IMG/VR virus record: IMGVR_UViG_3300019472_000019
Source: a virus
DNA: 30,854 bases
Direction: 5' to 3' (one strand)
Part shown: piece after piece, positions 14,148-22,089 of the stretch
Layout: the number at the start of each line of letters is the position of its first letter
How positions within the stretch are numbered: position 1 is the first letter of the stretch
Notes under the pieces: model-generated
Told to the model about the DNA's origin: nothing
The model's database searches: none
The model's input: the letters and a program-made list of their open reading frames with translations, nothing else
Made by a program: the position numbers and the translations under genes

Positions 14148-14156
14148 AGGAGGAAC

Positions 14157-14963
14157 ATGTCACAACTACAAGAATACGTCGACTCACAAGTCGCAACAAT
14201 ATCACCGTTCAAGGTGAAATCTCAAGAGCTTTTGGAGCAAGCCAAAGCCAAAGAGATAACTGACGACGCTACCGCCAAAGAAGCAGTGGCAATCCGCAAG
14301 CTGATCACCTCACACCGCACCGAAGTCAAGAACGCACGACTGGCGATCACTCGCAACTTTGACAGCGTCAAGTCACAATTCATCGACGCTGAAAAGGACG
14401 TTCTGGCGCCAGCTGAAGAGGCACTGGAGAATATCAGTCAAAAGATTCTAGCCTATCAGGAAGAGCAGGAGCGACTGGCAAAAGAGGAAGCTGTACGCGT
14501 TGACGCTATCTGTGCTAAGTTCGCTACCAACACCAAATCGCTACGTAGCCAGAAAGCCTGCGATGAAAAAGGCGCTGAATTGAAGCAAATATTCGCTGAG
14601 CTATCTGAAGCTGACCAAAACCACGCTGAAATCAAGCTGGCATTCACTAAAGCCATCAACGAACTGTTGACGCGTAAAGACGAATTGACAACCGCCGAGC
14701 GCGACGAAGCTGAAGCCGCTAAATTAGCCGCACAGCGTAAACGCGAACAGGAAATCGCTGAAGCCGAGGCAGCCAAAGCTGCTAAAGCACAACAGCCAGC
14801 CGTCAAATCTGGCATTAAAACCAAGACGGTGTTCACGGTCACCAATCCCGAATTAGTGCCACGCTACTTGTGCGAGCCAAGCGACAAACTAATCCGCGAA
14901 GCCATCGCTAATGGATTACGTGAAATCCCAGGCGTTGAAATCCGCGAGGAAAAGAGTTTCTAA
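14157..14963 (+). CDS. DUF1351-like coiled-coil protein of phage recombination modules
   Basis: 268 aa, helical and E/K/A-rich, with the N-terminal pattern ATISPFKVKSQELLEQAKAKEITDDATAKEAVAIRKLI. It lies between the Sak4-like gene and SSB, as is typical for this family. Confidence 0.5.
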   Translation: MSQLQEYVDSQVATISPFKVKSQELLEQAKAKEITDDATAKEAVAIRKLITSHRTEVKNARLAITRNFDSVKSQFIDAEKDVLAPAEEALENISQKILAYQEEQERLAKEEAVRVDAICAKFATNTKSLRSQKACDEKGAELKQIFAELSEADQNHAEIKLAFTKAINELLTRKDELTTAERDEAEAAKLAAQRKREQEIAEAEAAKAAKAQQPAVKSGIKTKTVFTVTNPELVPRYLCEPSDKLIREAIANGLREIPGVEIREEKSF

Positions 14964-14964
14964 T

Positions 14965-15420
14965 ATGGCAGCAATTAACATAGTGACCCTAATTGGCCGT
15001 GTTGTCCGCGACATTGAAGTCAAATCGACAAATAGCGGTAAGTCCGTGGCCTCATTCGCACTAGCAGTTGACGGTTACGGCAAAGATGCCGACGCAAGCT
15101 TTATCGATTGCGTTGCTTGGAATAAAGCGGCCGAACTACTGGCGGAATATGCACCGAAAGGCAAACAGATTGGCATCACTGGCCGCCTGCAGACACGAAT
15201 CTGGGAGAAAGATGATATCAAACGTAAAGCGACTGAAGTCATCATCGATCAGTTCCAGCTTTTGAGCGACGCAAAGGGCGGTAGTAATACCGCACCGGCG
15301 ACTGAGAGATATGCCGATGAGGACGCCAAATCAACAAACCCAACGACTAATCAAGCGGCTAAGTCAGTAGAGGACGTTGACCTCGACGCGCCGATTGATT
15401 TGAGCGAAATACCATTTTAA
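14965..15420 (+). CDS. ssb: Single-stranded DNA-binding protein
   Basis: From the ATG at 14965, the OB fold reads MAAINIVTLIGRVVRDIEVKSTNSGKSVASFALAV...CVAWNKAAE...ITGRLQTRIWEKDD, and the acidic tail is DLSEIPF. Confidence 0.9.
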   Translation: MAAINIVTLIGRVVRDIEVKSTNSGKSVASFALAVDGYGKDADASFIDCVAWNKAAELLAEYAPKGKQIGITGRLQTRIWEKDDIKRKATEVIIDQFQLLSDAKGGSNTAPATERYADEDAKSTNPTTNQAAKSVEDVDLDAPIDLSEIPF

Positions 15421-15437
15421 TAAGTGAAAGGAGAGTC

Positions 15438-15764
15438 ATGGCAGGAACGGAAGCGGGCGGCAGGAAAGCTGCCGCAACAATTCTCGCGAAAAACCCAAAC
15501 TTCTACCGTGAAATTGGCAGAAAGGGTGGATCGAGATCAAGAGGCGACAAAACAGGCTTTGCGCTCAATCGGGAGGCAGCTCGGATTTGCGGTCGAATCA
15601 GCAAACGTCGACCTAAGCAGGATGACGAGCTAGCTGAATTTGAAAAAACCGCACCGCACGGCAGATGTAGCATGTGCAATTTGGCACTCATTAAATCTGA
15701 CGCTGAGCGAAAAGACTATCCAGACATGCACGAAAACTGCATGTATGAGAGGTTTGGAGATTAA
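15438..15764 (+). CDS. Hypothetical protein with an N-terminal KGG-type (stress-protein-like) motif and C-terminal Cys/His residues
   Basis: Excellent RBS (AAAGGAGAGTC ATG). The motif region is KNPNFYREIGRKGGSRSRG, and the C-terminus contains CSMCNL...HENCMYERF. Confidence 0.6.
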   Translation: MAGTEAGGRKAAATILAKNPNFYREIGRKGGSRSRGDKTGFALNREAARICGRISKRRPKQDDELAEFEKTAPHGRCSMCNLALIKSDAERKDYPDMHENCMYERFGD

Positions 15765-15832
15765 GGCGTCGTGACTAAAAAAGCACTTCGCAAGAAACAA
15801 CGCCGCAAGCGCAAGAAACTGGAGGCTACGTA

Positions 15833-16072
15833 ATGTCCCTGATGAATTGCACATTCACGGTTCGCTGGAGCGACGAGAAAAACGAACCGCATGCGAAAAC
15901 CTACGCTACCGAAGATGATGCTAAGAGAGCTAAAAAATGGCTGCTGGAACACGGCGTTCGGAGCGTAGACATCGCGGTCAAGATAAATAATAAGCCAGCC
16001 GGTAGTTTGGAAGACGGCGACAAGCCGTCTGAGGCTGGGGCTGAGCAGAAAGGATTTTGGTGGGAGAAGTGA
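15833..16072 (+). CDS. Hypothetical protein (79 aa)
   Basis: GGAGG RBS. The ORF is compact and tightly packed against its neighbours. Confidence 0.55.
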   Translation: MSLMNCTFTVRWSDEKNEPHAKTYATEDDAKRAKKWLLEHGVRSVDIAVKINNKPAGSLEDGDKPSEAGAEQKGFWWEK

Positions 16073-17043
16073 TTGACGACAATCAATTCGACATATTCCA
16101 GTGGGCGAACTGGGCTGATGCTAATAAGAAAGATCTGCTCATCGACCTGTTCATTTTCAATAAAAACTTTACGCCATACGTGTTACCACTGAAAACATCG
16201 ACCATAGAAGATCAAATGCGAACACTGTTTCTCTACGACATGATCAATTTCGTGGAAACCGGAGCAGCAGTTGGACTGTCTGTCAGAGACTACGCGACAA
16301 ACGATCAGACGGAAAATGTGTTGCTATACAGCGAGCTTGAAAGCATCCAGTGCGCCGACACACTCATCTATCTTCTTGGCGATGACAATATTGCTGAGTT
16401 CAGCGAGAAAGAACACGAGATGAAGCGTATGCACGGTATTGTAGCGCGGTTTAGCGACCCAAAAGATCCAGACAAGACCTTTTACATCACCAAACAGCTG
16501 CAGCGATCACAGATGTTGAGTGGAAGCCTCACGTGGCAAGTTAATGGTAGCGACTTTGGCGAGCTTGATGCCGACGCAGCGTTCAAGATACCAGCTGATA
16601 ACCAAGTGCTAATCGCTGGCGGAAAAGTGTTTGCGTTTAATCCAAAGAAGTTTGTCAATTTGTTCAAGCAAGACCCATCAAGCGACGCTGCAACAAAGCA
16701 AGTCATTGATCTTTTGACGAAAAAGTTTGCGCTGAACCTGCCTGAGGGATTGTCATTCGCAGAGTTGGCTGACCGCAACAAATCACTGACTACTATGTTG
16801 ATGAAGTTGGACGTTGAACATTTGCCTTGTAAGGAGAGAGTTGTCGATTATGCCGAGGAAATGGATTTGGCGCTTATGTCAGACAATCACGACGGCATTA
16901 TTATCATGGATAATCGTGACGCAATGATGTTTGTCAATATCCTGGCCGACAACTATGTCGACAGCAACTTGACTGATTCACGCTACCTCGTGACTGGCAA
17001 GAAGCGGATTGATAGCGATTCGCAGATGAACATGAATATATAA
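16057..17043 (+). CDS. Hypothetical early protein (~325 aa), function unknown
   Basis: Long ORF. The start is uncertain: TTG 16057, GTG 16060 (AAAGGA RBS), or GTG 16069 (GTGA overlap). I could verify no catalytic motif by eye. Confidence 0.6.
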   Translation: MVGEVIDDNQFDIFQWANWADANKKDLLIDLFIFNKNFTPYVLPLKTSTIEDQMRTLFLYDMINFVETGAAVGLSVRDYATNDQTENVLLYSELESIQCADTLIYLLGDDNIAEFSEKEHEMKRMHGIVARFSDPKDPDKTFYITKQLQRSQMLSGSLTWQVNGSDFGELDADAAFKIPADNQVLIAGGKVFAFNPKKFVNLFKQDPSSDAATKQVIDLLTKKFALNLPEGLSFAELADRNKSLTTMLMKLDVEHLPCKERVVDYAEEMDLALMSDNHDGIIIMDNRDAMMFVNILADNYVDSNLTDSRYLVTGKKRIDSDSQMNMNI

Positions 17044-17200
17044 AAGCTATTAACTGGTGACCTATCACATGTCAATAGACTAAGTGAACATTAACATCGA
17101 CCGTAGAACTGGCAGCATGATCTGAGGAATAAAGCTGGGTTCCCGAATGGGAGTAAGCCGAAAGGTGAGAAATCCTTTGCTCCGTGATTGTGCTGTCAAC

Positions 17201-17240
17201 TAGACAGATGACCATTTTGCCCACCCGGGTCATCTGTCTA
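17201..17240. other. Perfect 13-bp stem hairpin in a 286-bp non-coding gap
   Basis: TAGACAGATGACC (17201..17213) pairs with GGTCATCTGTCTA (17228..17240) around a 14-nt loop. No T-run follows on either strand. Confidence 0.6.
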
Positions 17241-17329
17241 ATAGGCGACATCAACCTTAAAGTAATTAACTAATGATATACATTTGGTGTCGCCTTGCCC
17301 CAGTTCTGCGGTCGAGGAAAAGGAACGAA

Positions 17330-17560
17330 ATGAAAATTAGTCCGAAGTTTATGAAGAACGCTGACCCGCAAGACGTAGTGATTGTCTTAGGTGTATATGT
17401 ACTGATAATTTCAATAATTGTCTTTTTGCACTGGGCTGCTGTTTGGGCAGATCAAATGTCAGAGCGAGAGGCTCAGTACACGAACACTAAAGCTCGCTGT
17501 AAAACGGTTGGTGGTGAGATGGGCTACTCGAAATGTTACAAGGACGGAAAAGAGATATGA
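17330..17560 (+). CDS. Small membrane protein (76 aa)
   Basis: The ATG at 17330 follows GAGGAAAAGGA. The TM helix is VVIVLGVYVLIISIIVFLHWAAVW. Confidence 0.55.
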   Translation: MKISPKFMKNADPQDVVIVLGVYVLIISIIVFLHWAAVWADQMSEREAQYTNTKARCKTVGGEMGYSKCYKDGKEI

Positions 17561-17814
17561 AAAACAATGGCTATTACCCTAATAAACTAATTTATCTCGG
17601 TGACAACACTGAAAACCGAAAAGCAATCTTAGTGTCTTCAGCAAGCCCTTGCGAGGTTACACTCGACACCATAAAGCTTGGCGAAGGTGCCTTTGCTGAT
17701 GAATATCGCCAAGTAGCCGCAGCTTGTGGAGCGGAGTTTGTAGACGTCAACGACATTAAGATTATTGGTCAAGATAATCAACCAACAGACAATAAAAGGA
17801 AATCTAATGCGTGA
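17557..17814 (+). CDS. Hypothetical protein (85 aa)
   Basis: The ATG at 17557 makes an ATGA overlap with the upstream stop. Confidence 0.5.
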   Translation: MKNNGYYPNKLIYLGDNTENRKAILVSSASPCEVTLDTIKLGEGAFADEYRQVAAACGAEFVDVNDIKIIGQDNQPTDNKRKSNA

Positions 17815-18226
17815 TATTGAATTCAGAGCTTGGGACAACCGCCAAAATAAATATCTTAATCCTGATGACGTTTCTATTAGAGCCGACGGCTTCATAACAG
17901 CGTTTAACGTGGACGGTAAGCATAGCAGAGCAGTACAACCGCCGGGCAGTTTGTCGCCATGGTTTGTTATCGAGCAATACACTGGCTTAAAAGACAAGAA
18001 CGGTACAGAGATTTATGAGGGCGATATCGTTAAATACTATCCTCGCCACAGGGGTGTTCCATATAGAGTTTACTGGGCTGATAAGTCTGCCAAATTTCTT
18101 ATAGGTCGCGATGGCGTGATTGGTCAAAGTTTCTCTGATATTATGCACAACTTGAATACGGGTCGTATTGCATTAGAGGTCGTTGGCAATATCCACGAAA
18201 ACCCTGAATTAGTGGAGGAAAAATAA
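17807..18226 (+). CDS. YopX-family protein
   Basis: The N-terminus MRDIEFRAWDNRQNKYL and the internal EQYTGLKDKNGTEIYEGDIV are characteristic YopX motifs. An AAAGGA RBS precedes the gene. Confidence 0.75.
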   Translation: MRDIEFRAWDNRQNKYLNPDDVSIRADGFITAFNVDGKHSRAVQPPGSLSPWFVIEQYTGLKDKNGTEIYEGDIVKYYPRHRGVPYRVYWADKSAKFLIGRDGVIGQSFSDIMHNLNTGRIALEVVGNIHENPELVEEK

Positions 18227-18429
18227 TGACAGACAAAGAATTGAAAACTCATATTAAGCTTATCGTAGACAATCTATCTTTTAAGATTGGCGACTTAACC
18301 CTGATGTACGAGCATAAACAAGTTGACCCAGACGATTTTTGCAAAGAAGTCAGTTTCATAAAGAGCGATTTTGTCGAAAGTATTATGGATTTGATTAGAG
18401 AGCATGAGGAGTTGTTGGAGGAGAAATGA
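18226..18429 (+). CDS. Hypothetical protein (67 aa)
   Basis: GGAGGA RBS, with overlapping start and stop codons at both ends. Confidence 0.5.
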   Translation: MTDKELKTHIKLIVDNLSFKIGDLTLMYEHKQVDPDDFCKEVSFIKSDFVESIMDLIREHEELLEEK

Positions 18430-19004
18430 AACTATATAAACTACTAAAAGATTGCCCCACCGTTAAAGCTGGGGCAATCTTCAAAGAGAAAATTAAAATC
18501 GATGGCACAAGGGTTTTGAAAGCGTGTGAATCAGGCCGTAAACATTCAATTCTTGTTAGAGAAATCGATAATTTTGACGAGTGGTTCGAACCAACAAGCA
18601 GTATTAGTTGGAATCTTAAATGGGGCGATAGATATTGGTACATTGACTATTGGGGCAAGGTTAGCTGTCGCAATTACACGGACGCTATCATTGACAGATT
18701 GAATATTGACAATGGTAATGCTTATCACACCGAAGAAGAAGGTAAAGAAGCTCATGAACGCAAACTAGCTGAAGTCAGACTGCGAAAAACATCAACATTT
18801 AAGCCAGATTTTGAGAATGACAAAGGCGGTTGGATTATCTATTATGACCATGGATGTGAAACGCTCGCCGTGTGTGAACTTGCTGACTGTGATGCTGGTG
18901 AACCTGTACGCTATGCGACTAGAGAAGAAGCTGAAAAATCTATCAAAGAAAATGAGCGAGATTGGAAGACTTATTTTGGAATTAAGGAGTGGAATAATGC
19001 CTAA
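18426..19004 (+). CDS. Hypothetical protein (192 aa)
   Basis: GGAGGAGAA RBS and a long ORF in the operon context. Confidence 0.55.
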   Translation: MKLYKLLKDCPTVKAGAIFKEKIKIDGTRVLKACESGRKHSILVREIDNFDEWFEPTSSISWNLKWGDRYWYIDYWGKVSCRNYTDAIIDRLNIDNGNAYHTEEEGKEAHERKLAEVRLRKTSTFKPDFENDKGGWIIYYDHGCETLAVCELADCDAGEPVRYATREEAEKSIKENERDWKTYFGIKEWNNA

Positions 19005-19431
19005 TCTCGCAAATATAGATAATCCAACCGAGGATCAAGAGCAAGAGGCGTTTGTCAAATGGCTGGATGATAACGGCTATTCACGTTTCAGAGTGCCGAA
19101 TGAAACCTACACCCGAAGCTGGAGCCAGAAAGCGAAGAACAAAAAGCTTGGCGTGAGTTCTGGGGTGCCAGATTTATTCGTGGTAGTCCCAGCAGACTAT
19201 AGCGACGCAACGATGGAGTTCATACACTATGGAGACAATCCTGTTGTTAGTGGTGACGGTGTTTATGGTAAAAATCATCGTCTTGTTGCTATCGAAATGA
19301 AACGTAAGAAGGGAGGTGTAACGTCGGCAAATCAAAAACAGTGGATTAAAACGCTCAATGAGGCTGGCATTCAGACTGTTGTTTGTAAGGGCTGTGATGC
19401 GGCAATTGAGTTTATTGAGTCAATAACTTGA
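18997..19431 (+). CDS. VRR-NUC domain nuclease
   Basis: From the ATG at 18997 (AAGGAG RBS), the sequence reads EDQEQEAFVKWLDDNGY...GVPDLFVVVP...LVAIEMKRKKGGVTSANQKQW. This is a PD...ExK core in VRR-NUC arrangement. Confidence 0.7.
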   Translation: MPNLANIDNPTEDQEQEAFVKWLDDNGYSRFRVPNETYTRSWSQKAKNKKLGVSSGVPDLFVVVPADYSDATMEFIHYGDNPVVSGDGVYGKNHRLVAIEMKRKKGGVTSANQKQWIKTLNEAGIQTVVCKGCDAAIEFIESIT

Positions 19432-19493
19432 GGGGTTTATGACTGAAGTGGAACGCTTGACTGCTTGATAAAACGGTCAAAGCATTTTATAGC

Positions 19494-19543
19494 TAGGCGC
19501 TGGTGAGATTGAGCGGTTGGGAGGCCGCGATTGCCAGCGCCTA
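19494..19543. other. Nested hairpin in the non-coding gap upstream of the packaging genes; candidate pac/cos-region structure
   Basis: TAGGCGCTGG (19494..19503) pairs with CCAGCGCCTA (19534..19543), a perfect 10-bp stem. An inner GCGG/CCGC stem lies within the loop. Confidence 0.45.
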
Positions 19544-19580
19544 ATCTGTATATTTCAGAGGTAGAGGAGGGATAACAAAC

Positions 19581-19901
19581 ATGGTCAAATGGCTAAAAAT
19601 TGACAAACAAGACAAGACGAGGCGACGCCGTCAGGAGATCGGGCAGGTCGCCATTTATTATATTTCGAAACAAGCAATTATTATCGGCGACGAGCGAAAA
19701 TGCAAACCGTTGTCGAACTACATTCTCTTGCAATCTTGGCAAGACCGAAATAAGAAACCGTACCAAAATATGCTGCGTAAGTTACAAAGCACTAAAGACC
19801 TGACTCTCATGCAGGCACAGCTCATCGCAAACAGTTACGGCGTGCACATCTCGGCCGTCTCCAAACAGTCAATACCAAAAGAGCTACGCGTCAATCTCTA
19901 G
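19581..19901 (+). CDS. Hypothetical basic protein (106 aa), possible HTH DNA-binding protein
   Basis: GAGGAGGG RBS. The C-terminal LTLMQAQLIANSYGVHISAVSKQ resembles a helix-turn-helix. Confidence 0.5.
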   Translation: MVKWLKIDKQDKTRRRRQEIGQVAIYYISKQAIIIGDERKCKPLSNYILLQSWQDRNKKPYQNMLRKLQSTKDLTLMQAQLIANSYGVHISAVSKQSIPKELRVNL

Positions 19902-19911
19902 AATTATAATC

Positions 19912-20457
19912 ATGAAAGACGACTTCAAATCATGTCCTAAATGCGGCCGAAAGTATAAGCGGCAAGACAACTACGATGTTCACGTAGCCAGTTGCAATCG
20001 TACGTCACCATCGACTCATGGCGGCGCTAGAAAAGGCAGTGGTGGGGTCAAAGGCAAAAAGACCCAAAAAGTTCTCGACCGAATGAAAGAGAAACAGCGT
20101 ATCTTGGATCGAATCACCAGAAACGCTGACAAGCTATACGAAGCACAGTTTCGGCTGGCTACTGGCGTGCAGCTGCTGTTTGTTATCAAGACTGACCGCA
20201 AGGGCAATCGTTTGCCGGCAGAGCAAGTTACCGACCCTGAGACTATTGCGGCATTTCTCGATGGTGAGCTGGATGGCGTAGACGATGAGTATTATTTCAT
20301 CGCCACGCAGAAGCCAGACAACAAAGCTATTAAGGACATGCTCGACCGAGCATTTGGCAAGCCAGTTGATCATGTTGATTTGTCTGTCGATGTTCGCGAG
20401 AAGCAACCACCAAAGATCGTCTCGACTATCAAGCCGCGCAAAACGAAAGGCGAATAA
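19912..20457 (+). CDS. Putative small terminase subunit with an N-terminal C2HC zinc finger
   Basis: It sits immediately upstream of the large terminase. The zinc finger is CPKCGRKYKRQDNYDVHVASC, followed by a basic region. The assignment is positional. Confidence 0.4.
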   Translation: MKDDFKSCPKCGRKYKRQDNYDVHVASCNRTSPSTHGGARKGSGGVKGKKTQKVLDRMKEKQRILDRITRNADKLYEAQFRLATGVQLLFVIKTDRKGNRLPAEQVTDPETIAAFLDGELDGVDDEYYFIATQKPDNKAIKDMLDRAFGKPVDHVDLSVDVREKQPPKIVSTIKPRKTKGE

Positions 20458-20460
20458 CCC

Positions 20461-21858
20461 ATGTCGCTAGAATTAAAGCCGAAGCAGCAAAGGGTTGTCG
20501 ATATTATTAACGACTGTCCCGAAGTCGATACTATTTATTTGATTGGTGCGGTAGGCACTGGCAAGACAGATATCGCGGCGAGTATTGGCATCGATATTTG
20601 CGACACGTTCGAGAAGACGTATTGGACAGTGTTTCGTAAAAATATTAGCACGGCGAAGCGGTCGGTGATTCCGTCATACCTGACTATGCTCGACCGTAAG
20701 AACTTCAAGGAGGGCGAGGATTACACATATAACGGCCAAGACTATGAAATCAAGTTCCCCAATGGCTCAAAGATCGGCTTTGTTGAGGCAGACGAGACGA
20801 AAGACAGGAGCGGTCAGAAAATTAAGGGTATCAACGCCAGTGCTAGTCATATTGACGAGGCTGACGAATTGTCGCTGACGATGTTTACCACGGCTAAATC
20901 CCGTAAAGGACGCCGCAACACTAACGGGCAGCCGAGTATCGCCATTATCACCCTCAACCCAAATGATGTTGAGCACATTAAAGAGGTATACATGCGCTGG
21001 AAATACGGCGGGAACGGCAAGTATGAGCCGCTACCGCCAAATATTCGTGTGATCGAGTTTGATCTGTCTGACTCATGGCAGATGCAGTCAGACATCGACG
21101 CGATGATGACCAACCCGACATGGTGGGTGGAGCGGTACCTGAAAAATAACTGGGAATACCAAGACGAGAGCAAGACGATATTCCGCTCTAGCATCTTTGC
21201 CAAGGCTGTCGTCAAAAGTTATAAACCAGGCCGCAAAACGACCGGCTACGACGTGGCGCGTGATGGCGTTGACCGTAGTGTGGCGGTTGACTGGGAAAAT
21301 CTGACGCTGGTTGACGGCACGATTACCAAAGACTCAAACGAACAGATAGAGACTGGCAAGCAAGCCGAGTGGCTGATTGAGCATTCAGATAACTTCTCTA
21401 TTGGTTACGAGAATATCGCAGTTGATGGCGTTGGTGTTGGCGTTGGTGTTATCGATGGGGGCAAAGACCGCGGTGCTGAGTTCGCGGTGTTTAAGTCTGG
21501 CTTTTCGCCCGACCCATTCTTAACATTCGATGACGAGCCAAAGAGCCGAGAGGATGCTGAGCGTTCACAGGAGCTGATGGCGTTTAACAATTTACGGTCG
21601 CAGGTGGCGTACATGCTAGCAATGGGTCTTGACAGCGGCAAGGTGAAAATCCTCGAGAGCTTTCCATTCCTCAATGAGTTTATTAAAGAGGCACAGATGC
21701 ACCACCACGAATATAAGGATAAGGTGTTTGTGTTGGAATCCAAGGAATCAATTAAGAAGCGACTCGGCAAATCGCCTGACATATTCGACTCTGTATTGAT
21801 GGGTTTTTGGCTACAGTTGCGGCATGAAGTGGTGATGGAGTGGGGCGGAATTATGTAA
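20461..21858 (+). CDS. terL: Terminase large subunit
   Basis: Walker A is LIGAVGTGKTD and Walker B-like sequence is ASHIDEADEL. The C-terminal nuclease-region motif is IAVDGVGVGVGVIDG. It is 465 aa and lies upstream of the portal gene. Confidence 0.85.
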   Translation: MSLELKPKQQRVVDIINDCPEVDTIYLIGAVGTGKTDIAASIGIDICDTFEKTYWTVFRKNISTAKRSVIPSYLTMLDRKNFKEGEDYTYNGQDYEIKFPNGSKIGFVEADETKDRSGQKIKGINASASHIDEADELSLTMFTTAKSRKGRRNTNGQPSIAIITLNPNDVEHIKEVYMRWKYGGNGKYEPLPPNIRVIEFDLSDSWQMQSDIDAMMTNPTWWVERYLKNNWEYQDESKTIFRSSIFAKAVVKSYKPGRKTTGYDVARDGVDRSVAVDWENLTLVDGTITKDSNEQIETGKQAEWLIEHSDNFSIGYENIAVDGVGVGVGVIDGGKDRGAEFAVFKSGFSPDPFLTFDDEPKSREDAERSQELMAFNNLRSQVAYMLAMGLDSGKVKILESFPFLNEFIKEAQMHHHEYKDKVFVLESKESIKKRLGKSPDIFDSVLMGFWLQLRHEVVMEWGGIM

Positions 21859-21885
21859 TCCGTATATTTACAGTTAGAGGATTAT

Positions 21886-22089
21886 ATGAAATTGAAAGAC
21901 TTTTTGCGCAATATTAAGTTTGAAAAACCAGACAGGGACACTGTTATCGAAGCGTGGATAGGACTGCTGATGTTCATCGGTGTGCCATTTTGTATTTGGC
22001 TATATTACGGCGGCAAGGTCGCCACGGTGGTATTTGTCGGCGTACAGCTGATATTTTGGTCGGTTTATTTATATAGGAGCAACAAGTAG
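21886..22089 (+). CDS. Small membrane protein (67 aa) between the terminase and portal genes
   Basis: AGAGGA RBS. Two TM helices are IEAWIGLLMFIGVPFCIWLYY and VATVVFVGVQLIFWSVYLY. Confidence 0.55.
   Translation: MKLKDFLRNIKFEKPDRDTVIEAWIGLLMFIGVPFCIWLYYGGKVATVVFVGVQLIFWSVYLYRSNK

Noticed and set aside
15771-15833. 20-codon highly basic ORF (VTKKALRKKQRRKRKKLEAT) whose stop overlaps the next ATG
   Set aside because: The coupling geometry is suggestive. However, it has a GTG start and a weak RBS, and it is too short to support from sequence alone. I left it unannotated.
17100-17200. Possible tRNA (GGGTTCCCGAATGGG) or hammerhead-like CTGAGGA...GAAA motif in the non-coding island
   Set aside because: The T-arm-like segment has no complementary stem and no cloverleaf can be built. 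The helix flanking the putative hammerhead core does not pair (A opposite C at the closing position).
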